NCBI RefSeq assembly: GCF_001194135.2
Contig: NC_068989.1
Location: forward strand, 45,673,387 to 45,726,279
Reading direction: 5' to 3'
DNA: 52,893 nt
Origin: Octopus bimaculoides
Taxonomy: Eukaryota
How positions within the stretch are numbered: the stretch's first letter is position 1; the number at the start of each line of letters is the position of its first letter. Of the stretch, positions 11,777 to 25,484 are shown one piece after another. A program made the position numbers and the translations under genes. The notes under the pieces were generated by a model. It saw only the letters and a list, made by a program, of their open reading frames with translations. It searched no databases and had not been told where the DNA came from.

Positions 11777-14569
11777 GAAACGGATGAAAGAAGTAGTAAG
11801 TATATATATATATATATATATNNNNNNNNNNNNNNNNNNNNNNNNNNNNNNNNNNNNNNNNNNNNNNNNNNNNNNNNNNTATATATAAATGGAGTTAAAC
11901 GCAGGTGCTATTCAAATTCTTTTACCTCCGACACATGTTTCGTTGGTATCGTTGGTATTATTCCAAAGGAATAAAATGGTGGAAAATAATGTAATCTTCG
12001 CTATATTTCCAAACACATCTGATGACTGGTAATCTGTAACAGTTTGCACTCTGTACTTTTCTGTTTATATCTGTTCACCCCGTTTCTGAACCCTGTGTTG
12101 CTAAGTTACGTTTTATGATGCATTCTTCCCCATTGTTCCTTTCTTTGTCTATTTCTATGACAGAAAGTACACACTACTCTGAACATATGCTATTGTTCTA
12201 GAACATTGTCGTCGTGATGTATCGGCTGAAACTTTTTCTTCAACTGCGACTGGTATTGCTGTATTGTTGTGATGTCTTTCGGCATTTCCACGCAAATTCT
12301 CGGATGGAAGTTAACTTCAACTGCCTCTTTAGTCAAAGTTTCAACTTAGCTTTAGTCAGGTAGTGAACTAATTCAATAAGTTAATATTTACATTGAAGAC
12401 TAATTTAAAGGAGTAGGGTTAGCATTAAGGAACTAGAATGACTGTTAAGGAAATTGAATTATTATCTAGTAAACAGTATCATTTTATAAGAACCAGAGAT
12501 ACTTAAACGATTAATCATATTTAAGGAAACAATGAACTAATGAGGAGATGTAGCATAGAAGGAACAACGTTCATTTAAAGATGTCGGTGATGTGCTACCA
12601 GGTTCAAATATGAAACATTATTCCTTCCCATTTTGAGAACGTAGATCCATAGTCTTCAGAGATGCCACACACTGGTAAGTGCTAGATGGAGTCTGTTTGA
12701 TCGCACATAATGCATACGTGCAATGGTCTCTGTCATAAAACATATAATTACCATTTATTTTTGCTTTTTAGATATATAACCCAAAGAGCGTTAGGTGGAG
12801 CAACACGAATTACCAAAAACACAAATCAAACAAAAGCTCATGATATCCATTAAACTGTTTTTGTTGTTGATTAATCCCAATTCATTTCTAGTTATGACCA
12901 TCCCATATTAATTTCATATTCAGTACATGTAAGACAATACTATTAAAAATTTACTTCCATGCTTAAGATGATAAGAAATAATTCAAAGAAACACGTTAAT
13001 AATGTTAAATACATAAATTTATTGATTTTGTATGTAAAGTTAAAATTCCAATTTAGAATTTGCTTTTTTTCTTTCTCGTAACTGACTTCACATGCTGATA
13101 GTTTTTGTTTATATTGTTGTTAGTATTGCTGATATTTTTGTTTATAGTTCAGTTGTTTTTGTTAGTAGTGTAGTTTGTTTTGGTTTATAACATAAATATA
13201 ATTTTATACATGTGTTTTTAAATATTTTTAGAGTTTTGGAAGTTGTTAAAGAAAGATTATACAATGTGCAGGAACGAGATACGCCTGTTATTTATTCATT
13301 TAGTGCTTTCTATCCAAAAGAAGAAACAGATTACACTGCTTATCTTAGACTTAACCTAAGCTGTGCAGAGAAGTAAGATGTACGCTGATACAAATGAAGC
13401 GTTTTTCTTATCCATTAATTAATTTCTAAGTGGGTAAATGAAAGATAATTTATTTTCAGATGTTCACGAAATAGTACAGATAGATATTGATTTATATGTA
13501 TAAAGAGTGGATTCATAACAGCTTAGAAAATTCAGATTAACGCGTAGGCAGACACGTTGATACACACACACATACACATGCAGACACACACACAAATATA
13601 TATANNNNNNNNNNNNNNNNNNNNNNNNNNNNNNNNNNNNNNNNNNNNNNNNNNNNNNNNNNNNNNNNNNNNNNNNNNNNNNNNNNNNNNNNNNNNNNNN
13701 NNNNNNNNNNNNNNNNNNNNNNNNNNNNNNNNNNNNNNNNNNNNNNNNNNNNNNNNNNNNNNNNNNNNNNNNNNNNNNNNNNNNNNNNNNNNNNNNNNNN
13801 NNNNNNNNNNNNNNNNNNNNNNNNNNNNNNNNNNNNNNNNNNNNNNNNNNNNNNNNNNNNNNNNNNNNNNNNNNNNNNNNNNNNNNNNNNNNNNNNNNNN
13901 NNNNNNNNNNNNNNNNNNNNNNNNNNNNNNNNNNNNNNNNNNNNNNNNNNNNNNNNNNNNNNNNNNNNNNNNNNNNATATACATATATATACATGCATAC
14001 ATACATACATTCATGCATACCTATTTGCATAAATTCATATAAACATAGGTTTATATACATATATTCATGCACACATGCATTCATACACTCATAGACATGT
14101 ACCCATTTACGAAGTATTTTTCACATCTCATTACTTTCTGAATATGTTTATCAAAGGTAAAAATGTCTATTGATTCTTTACACATTGCAGTGTTTATATC
14201 AGATTAATGATAATATTAACACTGTTTTAATTCAATAGAATGGAATACATACTATATTCCAAGAGATGGTGTTGGTAAAAAAAATTCTATTTTATACGTT
14301 GCGCAACGTAAACAAAATATGAATTATACAAGATAAATATTTTTCGAAACTGAATGTTGAAATTGTCTTGAAGCAATATTTTGTATTTTGTTGATCATAT
14401 TTGAATACAGTCATATCTACATTTAAATATGTGTGAATGTTTTATGTTATGTAATATGTCCTGGGTGTTAAATGTAATTAATGAAAAATTCGATGATGCG
14501 TCGTTCCTACTTTTGCGAATCATAATAATATGAATAATAATACTAATGATGGTGATATTAATAATAATC

Positions 14570-14775
14570 CTGTCTTCTATAGGCACAAGGCCGGGAATTT
14601 GCGGTAGTGTGTTACTCGATTACATCGATCCCAATGTTCAACTTATTTCGTCAACCTGAAAGGGATAAAAAGCGAAATCGAACTCGATGTAATTTGATTT
14701 CAAGACGTAAATCCGGATGAAATATCATTAAGCATTTTTTTCTGCGTGTTAACAATTCTTGGAACTTACCAGATT
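14570..14775 (-). mobile_element. SINE family B copy
   Basis: Reverse complement of family B: ctcgattacatcgatccc...ctgaaagggataaaaagcgaaatcgaactcg...tgttaacaattcttggaacttacc. Confidence 0.6.
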
Positions 14776-14779
14776 AATG

Positions 14780-14791
14780 ATGGTAATAGTA

Positions 14792-14830
<39 letters not shown>

Positions 14831-14909
14831 GTAATAACAACACCAATAATAATAATACTGAAATTTGGGGAGGAGCATAGTCGATTTCATTGACCCCGGT
14901 ACTCAACTT

Positions 14910-14964
<55 letters not shown>

Positions 14965-14997
14965 TAATGATAATAATAATAATAACGNNNNNNNNNN

Positions 14998-15030
<33 letters not shown>

Positions 15031-15141
15031 TAATGATGATAATAATAATAATAATAATAATAGTAATAACAACACCAATAATAATAATACTGAAATTTGG
15101 GAAGGAGCATAGTCGATTTCATTGACCCCGGTACTCAACTT

Positions 15142-15196
<55 letters not shown>

Positions 15197-15225
15197 TAAT
15201 GATAATAATAATAATAACGTATAAC
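14780..15225. repeat. (AAT)n microsatellite field containing a duplicated SINE-tail fragment and a 10-N gap
   Basis: Long AAT runs; gaaatttggg(g/a)aggagcatagtcgatttcattgaccccggtactcaac occurs twice (~14860 and ~15090). Confidence 0.9.
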
Positions 15226-15231
15226 AATAAT

Positions 15232-15450
15232 GAAATCGCCAAGAGTGGCAGGTGCGAAAGTCAAACAATGTTTGTTCCTGTTGTCATCTGAGCATCAAAT
15301 TATCAAATTCATTGCCACTCAACCCGAAGAAACCTCTGGACACTTTAGAAATATCCTACAATCCTGATACATTACAAAATCGGCTTTACTGCGTAAAGTA
15401 CTGTCAGTCTGAGGTCTTTGTTGAAGCTTGACAGACATTACAAACCCCCG
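15232..15450 (+). mobile_element. R4/Dong-type (RLE) non-LTR retrotransposon, extreme 3' fragment
   Basis: EIAKSGRCESQTMFVPVVI*..ITKSALLRKVLSV* (TGA 15410-15412) matches the usual C-terminus (EI..W....IPVIIGALG...QKxALLGTAHILRKVL). Confidence 0.55.
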
Positions 15451-15484
15451 GTACTCATAATATCTTCAATCTACAACTTCACAA

Positions 15485-15960
15485 TATAGAATGTGACTTC
15501 CTAATATATGCTCAGAGACAAGACATTGTTACGGTGGATAAAGAAAAAAGGAAACTGAAATCATAGATATTGTCATACCTAGGGATGCACGCGTAGGTGA
15601 CATAGATCTGGAAAAGATGAAAGAAAAATTACAAACTAATAAAATACGAAATTGCAAGACTGTGAGCAATGAGGACAGTAGCTGTTGTCCCAGTACTTGT
15701 ACGAGCTCTGGGACCCCTACCAACCAAGTTGGGGAAATTAGAATTGACATGAGGGTAGAACGGGCCCCCAAAACTGCTCTATAGGAGACAGCTAGCAGTT
15801 TGAGATTGGTGAGTGGGTGTTAAGTATCTTCCGCGATAGTTAACATCCAAGTACCAAGTCTTATAATTTGTGAAAAGAGTCCTTGTGAAGCCTCTGACAA
15901 CAGGTTGCTATCCCCTTTCACGGAATCAACCACAGCAAGTAAGAGCGAGAGCTCTGAGAA
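15485..15960 (+). mobile_element. R4/Dong-type non-LTR retrotransposon, restriction-like endonuclease domain plus 3'UTR
   Basis: IECDFLIYA-RQDIVTVDKKK..IIDIVIPRDARVGDIDLEK..YEIARL*AMRTVAVVPVLVRALG..KTAL*ETASSLRLVSGC* (PD..D-type RLE motif; frameshifts present). Confidence 0.75.
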
Positions 15961-16009
15961 GTAAAGTATACTAATGATAACAGCTCTTCAAATGTTATCA
16001 CAAGATCAG

Positions 16010-16240
16010 CAGTTGTGAGGGGAGTGGTTGTCGATTACATCACTACTCGACTGGTAGTTTAGTGGTGCTCGAGTTCGTACATTGGTGCTAGAGTCATTTG
16101 GTATTTTATTTTATCAACTACGAAAGAAGGAAAAAAACAAAGTGGACCACGACGGTGTTTGACTTTAAAACGTTAAAATACCGGAAAGAATGCCGCTAAT
16201 CATTTTGTTCGACGTGCTAACAATTCCACCAGCTCACCGA
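16010..16240 (-). mobile_element. SINE family B copy with a small internal insertion
   Basis: gtcgattacatc...ttttatcaactacgaaagaagg...tgctaacaattccaccagctcaccg. Confidence 0.55.
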
Positions 16241-16699
16241 CGTATCAAGAAAATGGTGTTGGAAAACATGTAGAGATATATATGATTTACGTACGCGTAA
16301 TAACCTGGCTTAGGTGGGGGTTAATAGCAGTTTATAGTGCAACCATAATAAAATAAAACGTTAAAGCATTTTTACAAAAGTGACTTCCAAGTTAGCGTAA
16401 ACAACCAAAGTTTTCTACGATTACTTTCTGTTTATCTGCTGTTTTGAGTATTGTTCACTCCCTTTGAGCAATTTAGACCTAATTTGAGACGTGAAACCTG
16501 CACATATTCTGGACAGGGATCTCAGTCTTTATCAACTACCTATCGTCGGGGTTCACCAGGTTTTGATTCCTTGAATTTTGTGACCATCCTTAAAATAAGT
16601 AGGCGAATGTCAAGATCATCATAAAATTCAAGTTGGACGTTTTAGTCATTTCCTCTCGCCGGCCAAGACTTTAATCTCTCCTTTCTTACATTTTTCCAA

Positions 16700-17150
16700 G
16701 CTTCAGCCCTTTCTCATTGCGGTAAGATGGTGGTACCATTGCACACAGTCTCTTGCCGATCTTGGAGAAGGAGAAAACTAAGCTTGTCGATCGCTCATGA
16801 TGCTTAGTGTTATTGAAACCAAAACCAACGCAATTTTGTTTAATTTCGTTCTTGGCCATTTCTGGAGCCTTGTGATATAGCGTTAGAATAGTTGTTTATG
16901 GGCTTTCTGGGTCCTTCTATATCTGTATGCATAGCCATTGTCAACTGTCTTTAGTTTTTATTTGTCTTTCGTTCAGTAGGTTGTCAAGTGTCCTTGTACA
17001 ACGACATACTTAGCAACTGAGCTTTCTTCCTTGTGCTCTCGGTCTCATTGACCGCTTCCTTACTCCTTGAGTGAGGTGCGGGTTCGTGATAGCCATCTGG
17101 TGTTTGAGGGATATCAAGATATGGATTACCATCCAGACGCCAAATAACCA
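16700..17150 (-). mobile_element. Highly degraded RTE-like LINE RT C-terminal fragment
   Basis: Minus-strand peptides YLDIPQTPDG, LLNERQIKLKT and KLRWF resemble the RTE motifs YLG..ITPDG, IL.NRKISLKT and RLRWFGH. The match is weak and frameshifted. Confidence 0.3.
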
Positions 17151-17639
17151 TATACTGTGGCATGTTTCTTATGATTTCATTACTTGCCTATACCCTTGTG
17201 AAAATGTGACTAAATACTTCTTTCTTTTACATATATTGGAAAATGGAATATTATAAAACTTCCTAATTACTTAAGGCATTTGAAAGAACATATTTCAAAT
17301 ATTAAGTGGAAAAATCTCAAGTGATGTAGTAAGAACGGAAATTAAAGATAATTTATGTGCAACAGGTCTTCAGATGTTTATAAAGTGTTGCCATATTGAT
17401 GAGATTTTACTGCTAACGTAGAATTTATCAATACGAACACACTAAAGAATTTTTACAGGCCCTTCACATCTATACTTCATTTTTTCACATACTCATGCGT
17501 GTTCTCCTTTGTGTTTTTTTTTTTTTGGTTTTGTGCTCCGTAGATTTTTGATTTTACTATTGTTTTTGCTTAACCCAGTTCGGTTCTAATCGTGTTGACC
17601 AATGAAGATATGCAAAGTAAGTAATACTAAAGGGATCTC

Positions 17640-17800
17640 CCCCATGAATTCAGTTGTTTGATTAACATTCTTACCTCTTCATTAAAGTAGTGTGTAAGTG
17701 GTTGAGCATTCTACTGATATGTGTATCTTTAACTTAATTCTCTGAAAAAATCAACGTGATTCGGTGTGAGACAAGACTGTACCTATAAGTGACAACCTAT
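17640..17800 (-). mobile_element. Degenerate SINE tail fragment (family C variant)
   Basis: agtggttgagcattctactgatatgtgtatctttaacttaattctctg..tgtgagacaagactgtacc resembles a repeat tail I recall from octopus; this is recall only. Confidence 0.3.
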
Positions 17801-18084
17801 CTATCCCATGAACTTCCATATAGGTTTGATCTAACTAGTGTAATTTGCACCTGTGGTAGTGTTGAAAGACACATATCTCAAATGCCACCTCTTGAGATCA
17901 AGCGAAGGACTTATTGATTGCAATGTGAACTTCATAACTGTTCGGTTGTGTTGTTTCCATGTAAACAAAAGCAGCGAACATGCGCATTTGTTTTAAGTAT
18001 ATTGTTTGTAGGACCTTATCATGGCAAGTGTACTCAAAGTGACAAAAGGATGAGTCCAACGAATTTGAATAATTAATAATGGAC

Positions 18085-18372
18085 AAATAATTTGTACAAG
18101 TCCGGTGAAGGTTGCTTATGGAAGACCAGCAGTCGCCCATGCATACCAGCCACCCATCTCTACGTCACCAATTTTATCCAAGGTAAAGACAAAAGCTGAT
18201 ACAGCTTGGTACCAGTGATGTCGCAACTTAGTTCTACAGCTGAGTGAACTAGATCAACGTGAAATAAAGTGTCTTGCGCTAGAACACGACACACAGCTCG
18301 ATCCGGGAATCGAATTCACTACCTCATGATTGTGATCCCGATGCTCTAAACACTGAGGCATGCGCCTTCACT
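18085..18372 (-). mobile_element. SINE family C copy
   Basis: Reverse complement of the 5308 element: cagctgagtgaactagatcaacgtgaaataaagtgtcttgc...ccgggaatcgaa (B box)...ctctaaacactgaggcatgcgcc. Confidence 0.65.
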
Positions 18373-19146
18373 ACAATTACTTAAGCCGACAAATATGAAC
18401 AAGTAGTACCATAGGTTATATAATGTATAACAAGATAGCATATATGGATAATTAATTCAATGATCTATATGATATACACCTAGTTAACACAAACAATTTG
18501 GACATTTATTACTATTAGCTATGTAATGTAGAACTTATTAAGACAACAAATATGGGGAATTACAATAAACTATGTAATACAGTAGTTAAGATAATACATT
18601 TGGACAGTTAGTACAATAAGCTATCTACTGTGAAAATATTTTTGAAGAACCTCTATACATGAAAGGTGAGCAAAATTTCAAGAAAGGAATTTTGAATACC
18701 ATTGTATATATTTCAACAACGTAAACTTAGCATCGATGTTTTCAGCAAGGCAAGCGCCAACACAAAGACTTCATTGTTAACTCGCCTAATTATTGCCATT
18801 TTTACTGTTGATCTTTGTGTTCATTATAGTTTTCTTCATGTTGTCGTCGACATAGTCACACTTAATGCATGCTGCTTTTGCCTTGCAAGCATTTATTTAT
18901 TTATTTCAGAATTTGCTATTAAGAAAACTGCACTTGCGATTGGTGCTGCCACAATATTTTCTTATTTCTGCAACATTTCCATCTAATGGTCACTATATGG
19001 ATCCATTCATATGCGGTCAACTATCTCTCTACACTCAACTTCTTATTGCATATAGCTGAAATTACTTTGACTTCTAAAAATATTCTTTTAAACAATACTT
19101 ATTCGACTTCGAGACAGGTTATTCGTTATTCCTTTATTCTTCTATT

Positions 19147-19690
19147 CTTTTACTTGTTTCGGTCATTTTGCTGGAGCACCGCCTTAAAGGGTTTTTTTGT
19201 TCGAAAAAGTTGAACCCAGCACTTATTCATTGTGAGCCTAAAACTTATTCTGTCTGTCTTTTAGGCCGAACCGCTACGTTACAGGGGGCGTAAACACACC
19301 AACAACGGTTGTCAAACGAAAGTGGGCGACAAACATAGACACAAAGACAATATATACAACGGGCTTTCAGTTTCCGTCTACCAAATTCTTATGTCTCAAC
19401 GCTACTCCTATCTAGTACATTCGGATGATCTCTACTCAACCGCTACACAACTGCTACTCGACTGCTACTCAACACACCTACCACGGCAAGACTACCTCTA
19501 TTTATAAGTCTTAGGAGATCCTACTTCTTCGCCTGGGGTCGTCGACATAACACAAGTCTAGCCACAAGGCTTTGGTCGGCCCGAGGCTACTGCACAAGAC
19601 GCTTGTCCAAGGCGCTACGCACTGGGACTGAACCCGGAACCATGTGTTTTGAAATCAAGCTTCTTATCTCACAGCCACGCTTGCGACTAT
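19147..19690 (-). mobile_element. SINE family A copy interrupted by a 166-bp insertion
   Basis: Collinear with the 42491-43073 copy (gctggagcaccgcc...gaaccgcta...cagtttccgtctaccaaat...cacaaggctttggtcggcccg...gaacccggaaccatg). Confidence 0.8.
19387..19552 (-). mobile_element. Solo-LTR-like insertion (166 bp)
   Basis: Minus strand begins TGTTATGTC and ends GACATAAGA (inverted ends, 8/9 match, TG..CA with one substitution). It has an internal TATAAATAG and is flanked by caaat (19382-19386) / caagt (19553-19557), a 5-bp TSD with one mismatch. Confidence 0.55.
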
Positions 19691-20289
19691 GCAGACATAC
19701 ACTTGCTTGCGCCTAAAATATCATTTCAAATTTTAGTGGTATGAAAAACGTAAATAATTACATTCTAGCAAACATTTCTATGCGATCATTATATTTCCTA
19801 AGCAGAAGATCGTGAGAGAAAAGATTTCGAAAACCTATTTATCGTTTAACTATGCTATAATCGTCGGGTAAATATATAACATTATTGGCAGAGAACATCG
19901 TTGAATTATACTATGTTATAAGCTAAGTAAATATATACTATATTCATCAGCGAACATAGAAAAGCAAGCCGTATTGCAAAAGTATTTATAAATGTTTGCT
20001 TATTATAGTTGTTATATAAATATTGCGAAGTATAATATCAAGGAAATATTAATGATGGAAACTAGTCAGAGGGATCAACAATTAATGCCTTACAATGTGA
20101 GCGTGCACATGTGTGCATGTGAGTATGTTTGCCTAAGTGCATGTGTTTCTATGCACGTTTGTACATTCGTATATAATATTTATATGTAAATTATCTAAAC
20201 ACACCTACGTCCATATACATACACCAGCATTCACACATGCGCACATGAACACATGTATGAAACAATGTATATAACATTTATATTGCATT

Positions 20290-20900
<611 letters not shown>

Positions 20901-21412
20901 GCATGTGTACCTGCGCACACGTACACATGCATTTCCGTATTTTTCCGTATTCTTTTCTGATCGTGTATTCAATGCAATAATATTCAATAATTATTCAACA
21001 GTTTCTCAATATTTACGGTAACTTGAAGGCATTTATCAATATTGGAACTCAACATATATTTAGTCATCGCTTTCATAAGAATCACTTGTAGGCGTACTTT
21101 ATTTCTGTTCATAGTTTCTACATTTCTAGTTATACGGCTTTCTACAGGAAATGTATGAATACGTATAATGTTTGAACATGAGATTATATATGTTTCCATA
21201 TGCATGTATATTTGCACGTGTACATGTAAATACACACACACACACACACACACGCACGCACACGCACATACACAACGGGCTGCTGAAAATACAGGAGGGT
21301 CGGTTAATTATGATCATGATTTACTTCACCATGTTCCCTTCTCAAGTTCTTACACACTTACTGCAACATTCCGTAAGTGTTTCTAAGCCCTGTGAAAGAA
21401 CTCGGAATTTTG

Positions 21413-22383
21413 NNNNNNNNNNNNNNNNNNNNNNNNNNNNNNNNNNNNNNNNNNNNNNNNNNNNNNNNNNNNNNNNNNNNNNNNNNNNNNNNNNNNNNNN
21501 NNNNNNNNNNNNNNNNNNNNNNNNNNNNNNNNNNNNNNNNNNNNNNNNNNNNNNNNNNNNNNNNNNNNNNNNNNNNNNNNNNNNNNNNNNNNNNNNNNNN
21601 NNNNNNNNNNNNNNNNNNNNNNNNNNNNNNNNNNNNNNNNNNNNNNNNNNNNNNNNNNNNNNNNNNNNNNNNNNNNNNNNNNNNNNNNNNNNNNNNNNNN
21701 NNNNNNNNNNNNNNNNNNNNNNNNNNNNNNNNNNNNNNNNNNNNNNNNNNNNNNNNNNNNNNNNNNNNNNNNNNNNNNNNNNNNNNNNNNNNNNNNNNNN
21801 NNNNNNNNNNNNNNNNNNNNNNNNNNNNNNNNNNNNNNNNNNNNNNNNNNNNNNNNNNNNNNNNNNNNNNNNNNNNNNNNNNNNNNNNNNNNNNNNNNNN
21901 NNNNNNNNNNNNNNNNNNNNNNNNNNNNNNNNNNNNNNNNNNNNNNNNNNNNNNNNNNNNNNNNNNNNNNNNNNNNNNNNNNNNNNNNNNNNNNNNNNNN
22001 NNNNNNNNNNNNNNNNNNNNNNNNNNNNNNNNNNNNNNNNNNNNNNNNNNNNNNNNNNNNNNNNNNNNNNNNNNNNNNNNNNNNNNNNNNNNNNNNNNNN
22101 NNNNNNNNNNNNNNNNNNNNNNNNNNNNNNNNNNNNNNNNNNNNNNNNNNNNNNNNNNNNNNNNNNNNNNNNNNNNNNNNNNNNNNNNNNNNNNNNNNNN
22201 NNNNNNNNNNNNNNNNNNNNNNNNNNNNNNNNNNNNNNNNNNNNNNNNNNNNNNNNNNNNNNNNNNNNNNNNNNNNNNNNNNNNNNNNNNNNNNNNNNNN
22301 NNNNNNNNNNNNNNNNNNNNNNNNNNNNNNNNNNNNNNNNNNNNNNNNNNNNNNNNNNNNNNNNNNNNNNNNNNNNNNNNNNN
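21413..22383. other. Assembly gap (largest of ~15 N runs)
   Basis: N run; other gaps at ~11.8k, 13.6-14.0k, 15.0k, 20.4k, 23.3k, 26.7k, 30.6-30.9k, 31.3-31.6k, 35.0-35.8k, 42.7-42.9k and 47.1-47.5k. Confidence 0.99.
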
Positions 22384-22504
22384 TATATATATATATAAAT
22401 ATAAGTATATATATATATGTGTGTATATATGCATGTATGTATGTATGTATGTATATATATATATGTGTGCGTGTGTGTGTATGTGTGTGTGTGTATATAT
22501 GCAT

Positions 22505-22620
22505 ATGCGTGTGCCTTTGTGTCTCTGTTTGTCCCCCCTACCACCACTTGACATTCGGTGCTGGTGCGTTTGTGACCCCGTTAACTAGCGGTTCGGTAAA
22601 AGAACCCGATGGAATAAAAA
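22505..22620 (+). mobile_element. SINE family A 3' portion (5' part lost in or at the N gap)
   Basis: gtgtctctgtttgtccccc...gtgaccccgttaactagcggttcggtaaaagaacccgatggaataa. Confidence 0.6.
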
Positions 22621-23097
22621 CCCGATATGCAGTTAAAAGATAAAAGATACATATACACCGAAGATGCAAATCTTTCGGATCAAAACCTCAATGATATTCT
22701 TTCAAAGTGACAATATTCGTCACTCAACTAAGCGTGCGCCTATTAATGCTTTCCTTGTAAGGTATGAAACGAACATGAAAAAATTATATTCATCCCCTCC
22801 TTAAATTTCTGGTTTTGCATTTAAGTCGCAAATCAATATATACTCTTCCGTTAGTTTCGATTCAAACAAAATTATTAATCGATTCTGCTATAAACGCTTG
22901 GTGTTCTGTTGAAGACTCAGATAATTCATTCTTCATGTGAGATGTACAATGAGGAATGAGTTCAACGTAGTTATCTCGTCATATGCTTATATCTTTCTTC
23001 ATGCAAAAAGAAAAGAGCTAGTTTCTGTGTAACAACTTATTATTATAATAAATCTGATGAAATGTAGAAGACAATAATTGCAGAATGTATTCTTTTG

Positions 23098-23245
23098 CTC
23101 TTTTACTCGTTTCAGTCACTTGACTGCGGCCATGCTGGAGCATCGCTTTGAAAGGTTTTTGTCGAACAAATCAACTCTATGACTTATTTTTTAAGCGAAG
23201 TACTTACTCTATTGGTTTCTTTTGCCGACACAAAGATACACACAC

Positions 23246-23310
<65 letters not shown>

Positions 23311-23349
23311 NNNNNNNNNNNNNNNNNNNNNNNNNNNNNNNNNNNNNNN

Positions 23350-23397
<48 letters not shown>

Positions 23398-23531
23398 GAC
23401 GGACTTCTTTCAGCTTTCACAAAGCATTGGTCAGACCGAGGCTAGAGTCGAAGAAACTTGCCAAAGTGTAACTGAACCCGGAACCATGTGGTTGCGGAGC
23501 AAGCTTCTTACCACGCCGCTACGTCTGCACC
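23098..23531 (-). mobile_element. SINE family A copy with internal (CA)n/(TA)n and a gap
   Basis: gtttcagtcacttgactgcggccatgctggagc...gtcgaacaaatc...ctgaacccggaaccatgtgg...agcttcttaccac. Confidence 0.75.
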
Positions 23532-25484
23532 TTTTGTATAACACACTTTCATTAAAGTAGAGCTAGGCATCACTTACTTGGTAATATGCAACGCAATTTT
23601 GTCAACTGTTTTAGCTGTTTATATATTAGCGAGCAGATATAGATACGCTGTCCGTCTTGTCTCAATGGAGCATCTGGTTCTTACATCTGGAGAGACAGAA
23701 AAAGGGCACGCTGCAATAATACTCATGTGATATTCATTATTGCTGCTCAATGTAGACATGCAACATAAATTGCTTGATTCAAGGGGGCAAAGATGAAACG
23801 GACAAAAATAAGCAGAAGAATTAACCGTACCAGTCCTAAGAGAACCTCAGTTTTAACAGTGGAAATTATATCGACACTCGATAAACTTTGATTGGCGCTA
23901 ATTTTTATTGGTTATGTTCCCATGGTAACGAAATTAACCAGTATCGAGCTGCAGTAAATTTTTTCTTATCAAAAATATATGCACACATACATGTGTAATG
24001 CATACATACATATACATGTGTAATGCATAGATATGTAAACAAATGTATACACAAACATATATATACACAAGTATGTATGTGTCTGAATGTGTACTTGAGC
24101 GGATATCGTGGCTTCACTTGTTACCTCAAACAAGCTGCCCAGTTGTTTTGCAGACACATATATAAATCCATTTTTACACCCAAATATATCTGCGTATTTC
24201 TCCTACTTAATCTCCCTCTCTCTCACTTTCTTTCACTCTCTCTCTCCCTCTCCGTCCTTCCGTATATTCTGCTCTTACTTCTCCCTCCTTCTCTCTCTCT
24301 TTATGAACGTGTGTATTTGTGTATGGGTGTTTGTGTGCTTCTGTATGTGTGTTTGGGTGAGTGACTGTATACATTCGTTAATGTATGGGTATGATACTTT
24401 ATCATCATTAGCCATCTTGTGTCACAGGAGAATAGCGTTTCGATTGGCCTTGCTTCATTTCATTACCGGCTGTAATATATCTTAATTCTTCTACACTTTA
24501 CTTCAACTGCAATTAAGCCTCACGAGATTGAAAAAGAATTAGGGGTGGCTAATTGGGAGCAACTTTAATACGAAGAAGCTGTATAAAAGTTTGACTCACT
24601 CCATTTATAAAGACAAAATACAGAATATATTGGGGCATTAATTTATTGTATATAATTTGTTTTCTATTTGGCTTTAAGTATCTGAATCTGAGAACTCCAA
24701 CTGCCAGAAGAGCATCAAAGAATGTTAAATGGCCTCTATTTCTGTGACAAGAAATATAGGTTTTGTTGACAAGGTGTGTAGACTGTCCCAGGTTCTGTGA
24801 ATTGCATTTCATGTAATCTAAGGTTGTAGGCTGCGCACATGCACGCGTGTACGCGTGTACGTACGGAGGTGCTTGCGCGCGCGCGAGTGTGCTTGTGCGT
24901 GTGTGTCCTGGCAGTGATTAGATTCACATCATGCTATAGAGGCGCATACTAATCACAGATTTGCTAGAAATTCAATTAGTCTGAAATCAATTAATCTAGC
25001 AGTCTAGTTATGCTGTCGGCACGAATTTTATTACTGCGTCAGCACGAAATATAGCTCAGCCAGTTCCAAGGATACGTTCACTACAGTTATCCTCTCCGTA
25101 TTCGCTAACAATAAAATATAACACTATGAAACAGTGAATGAGATTTAATATAAATCTACATTGAGATCTGCCTCGTGCATGTTTATATGTGTGGGTATCC
25201 TTCTGTAGTGATTCCTGCGAAGATGTAAACTCTGTTAAGTACGTGTATAGTATACATGAGTCAAACTATTGACGAATTGTAGTGAATGTCACAAGTTAAC
25301 ACCGTTTCTGAGGCTATAATTTTCTCATAATGTATGGAGCTGCAATAAACAGTCGTGCTTAACTTAGTTATGCAATAGCTCTAGTTTTTAATGGAAGAGC
25401 AAAATTTAGAATTTCAAAGAGCTTTTGGGTAGAGATATTAGGTGGAGAGCGATAACCCATTATATATGAAGTTCCTCTCGCTGA

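Noticed and set aside
12019-12045. Other CTGATGA/CTGAAGA occurrences (12019, ~23055, ~40611, ~46298, ~6518, and 1422 on minus)
   Set aside because: None is followed by a paired stem II plus GAAA, so they are not hammerheads.
12630-12685. Splice-donor-like ctg|gtaagt (also an acceptor-like site at ~32640)
   Set aside because: Isolated splice signals without a convincing reading frame are expected by chance in 53 kb.
14790-15220. Apparent ~230-bp tandem duplication (AAT array plus SINE-tail piece)
   Set aside because: The two copies are nearly identical and straddle a 10-N gap, which is typical of overlapping contig ends or two alleles scaffolded in tandem. Probably an assembly artefact.
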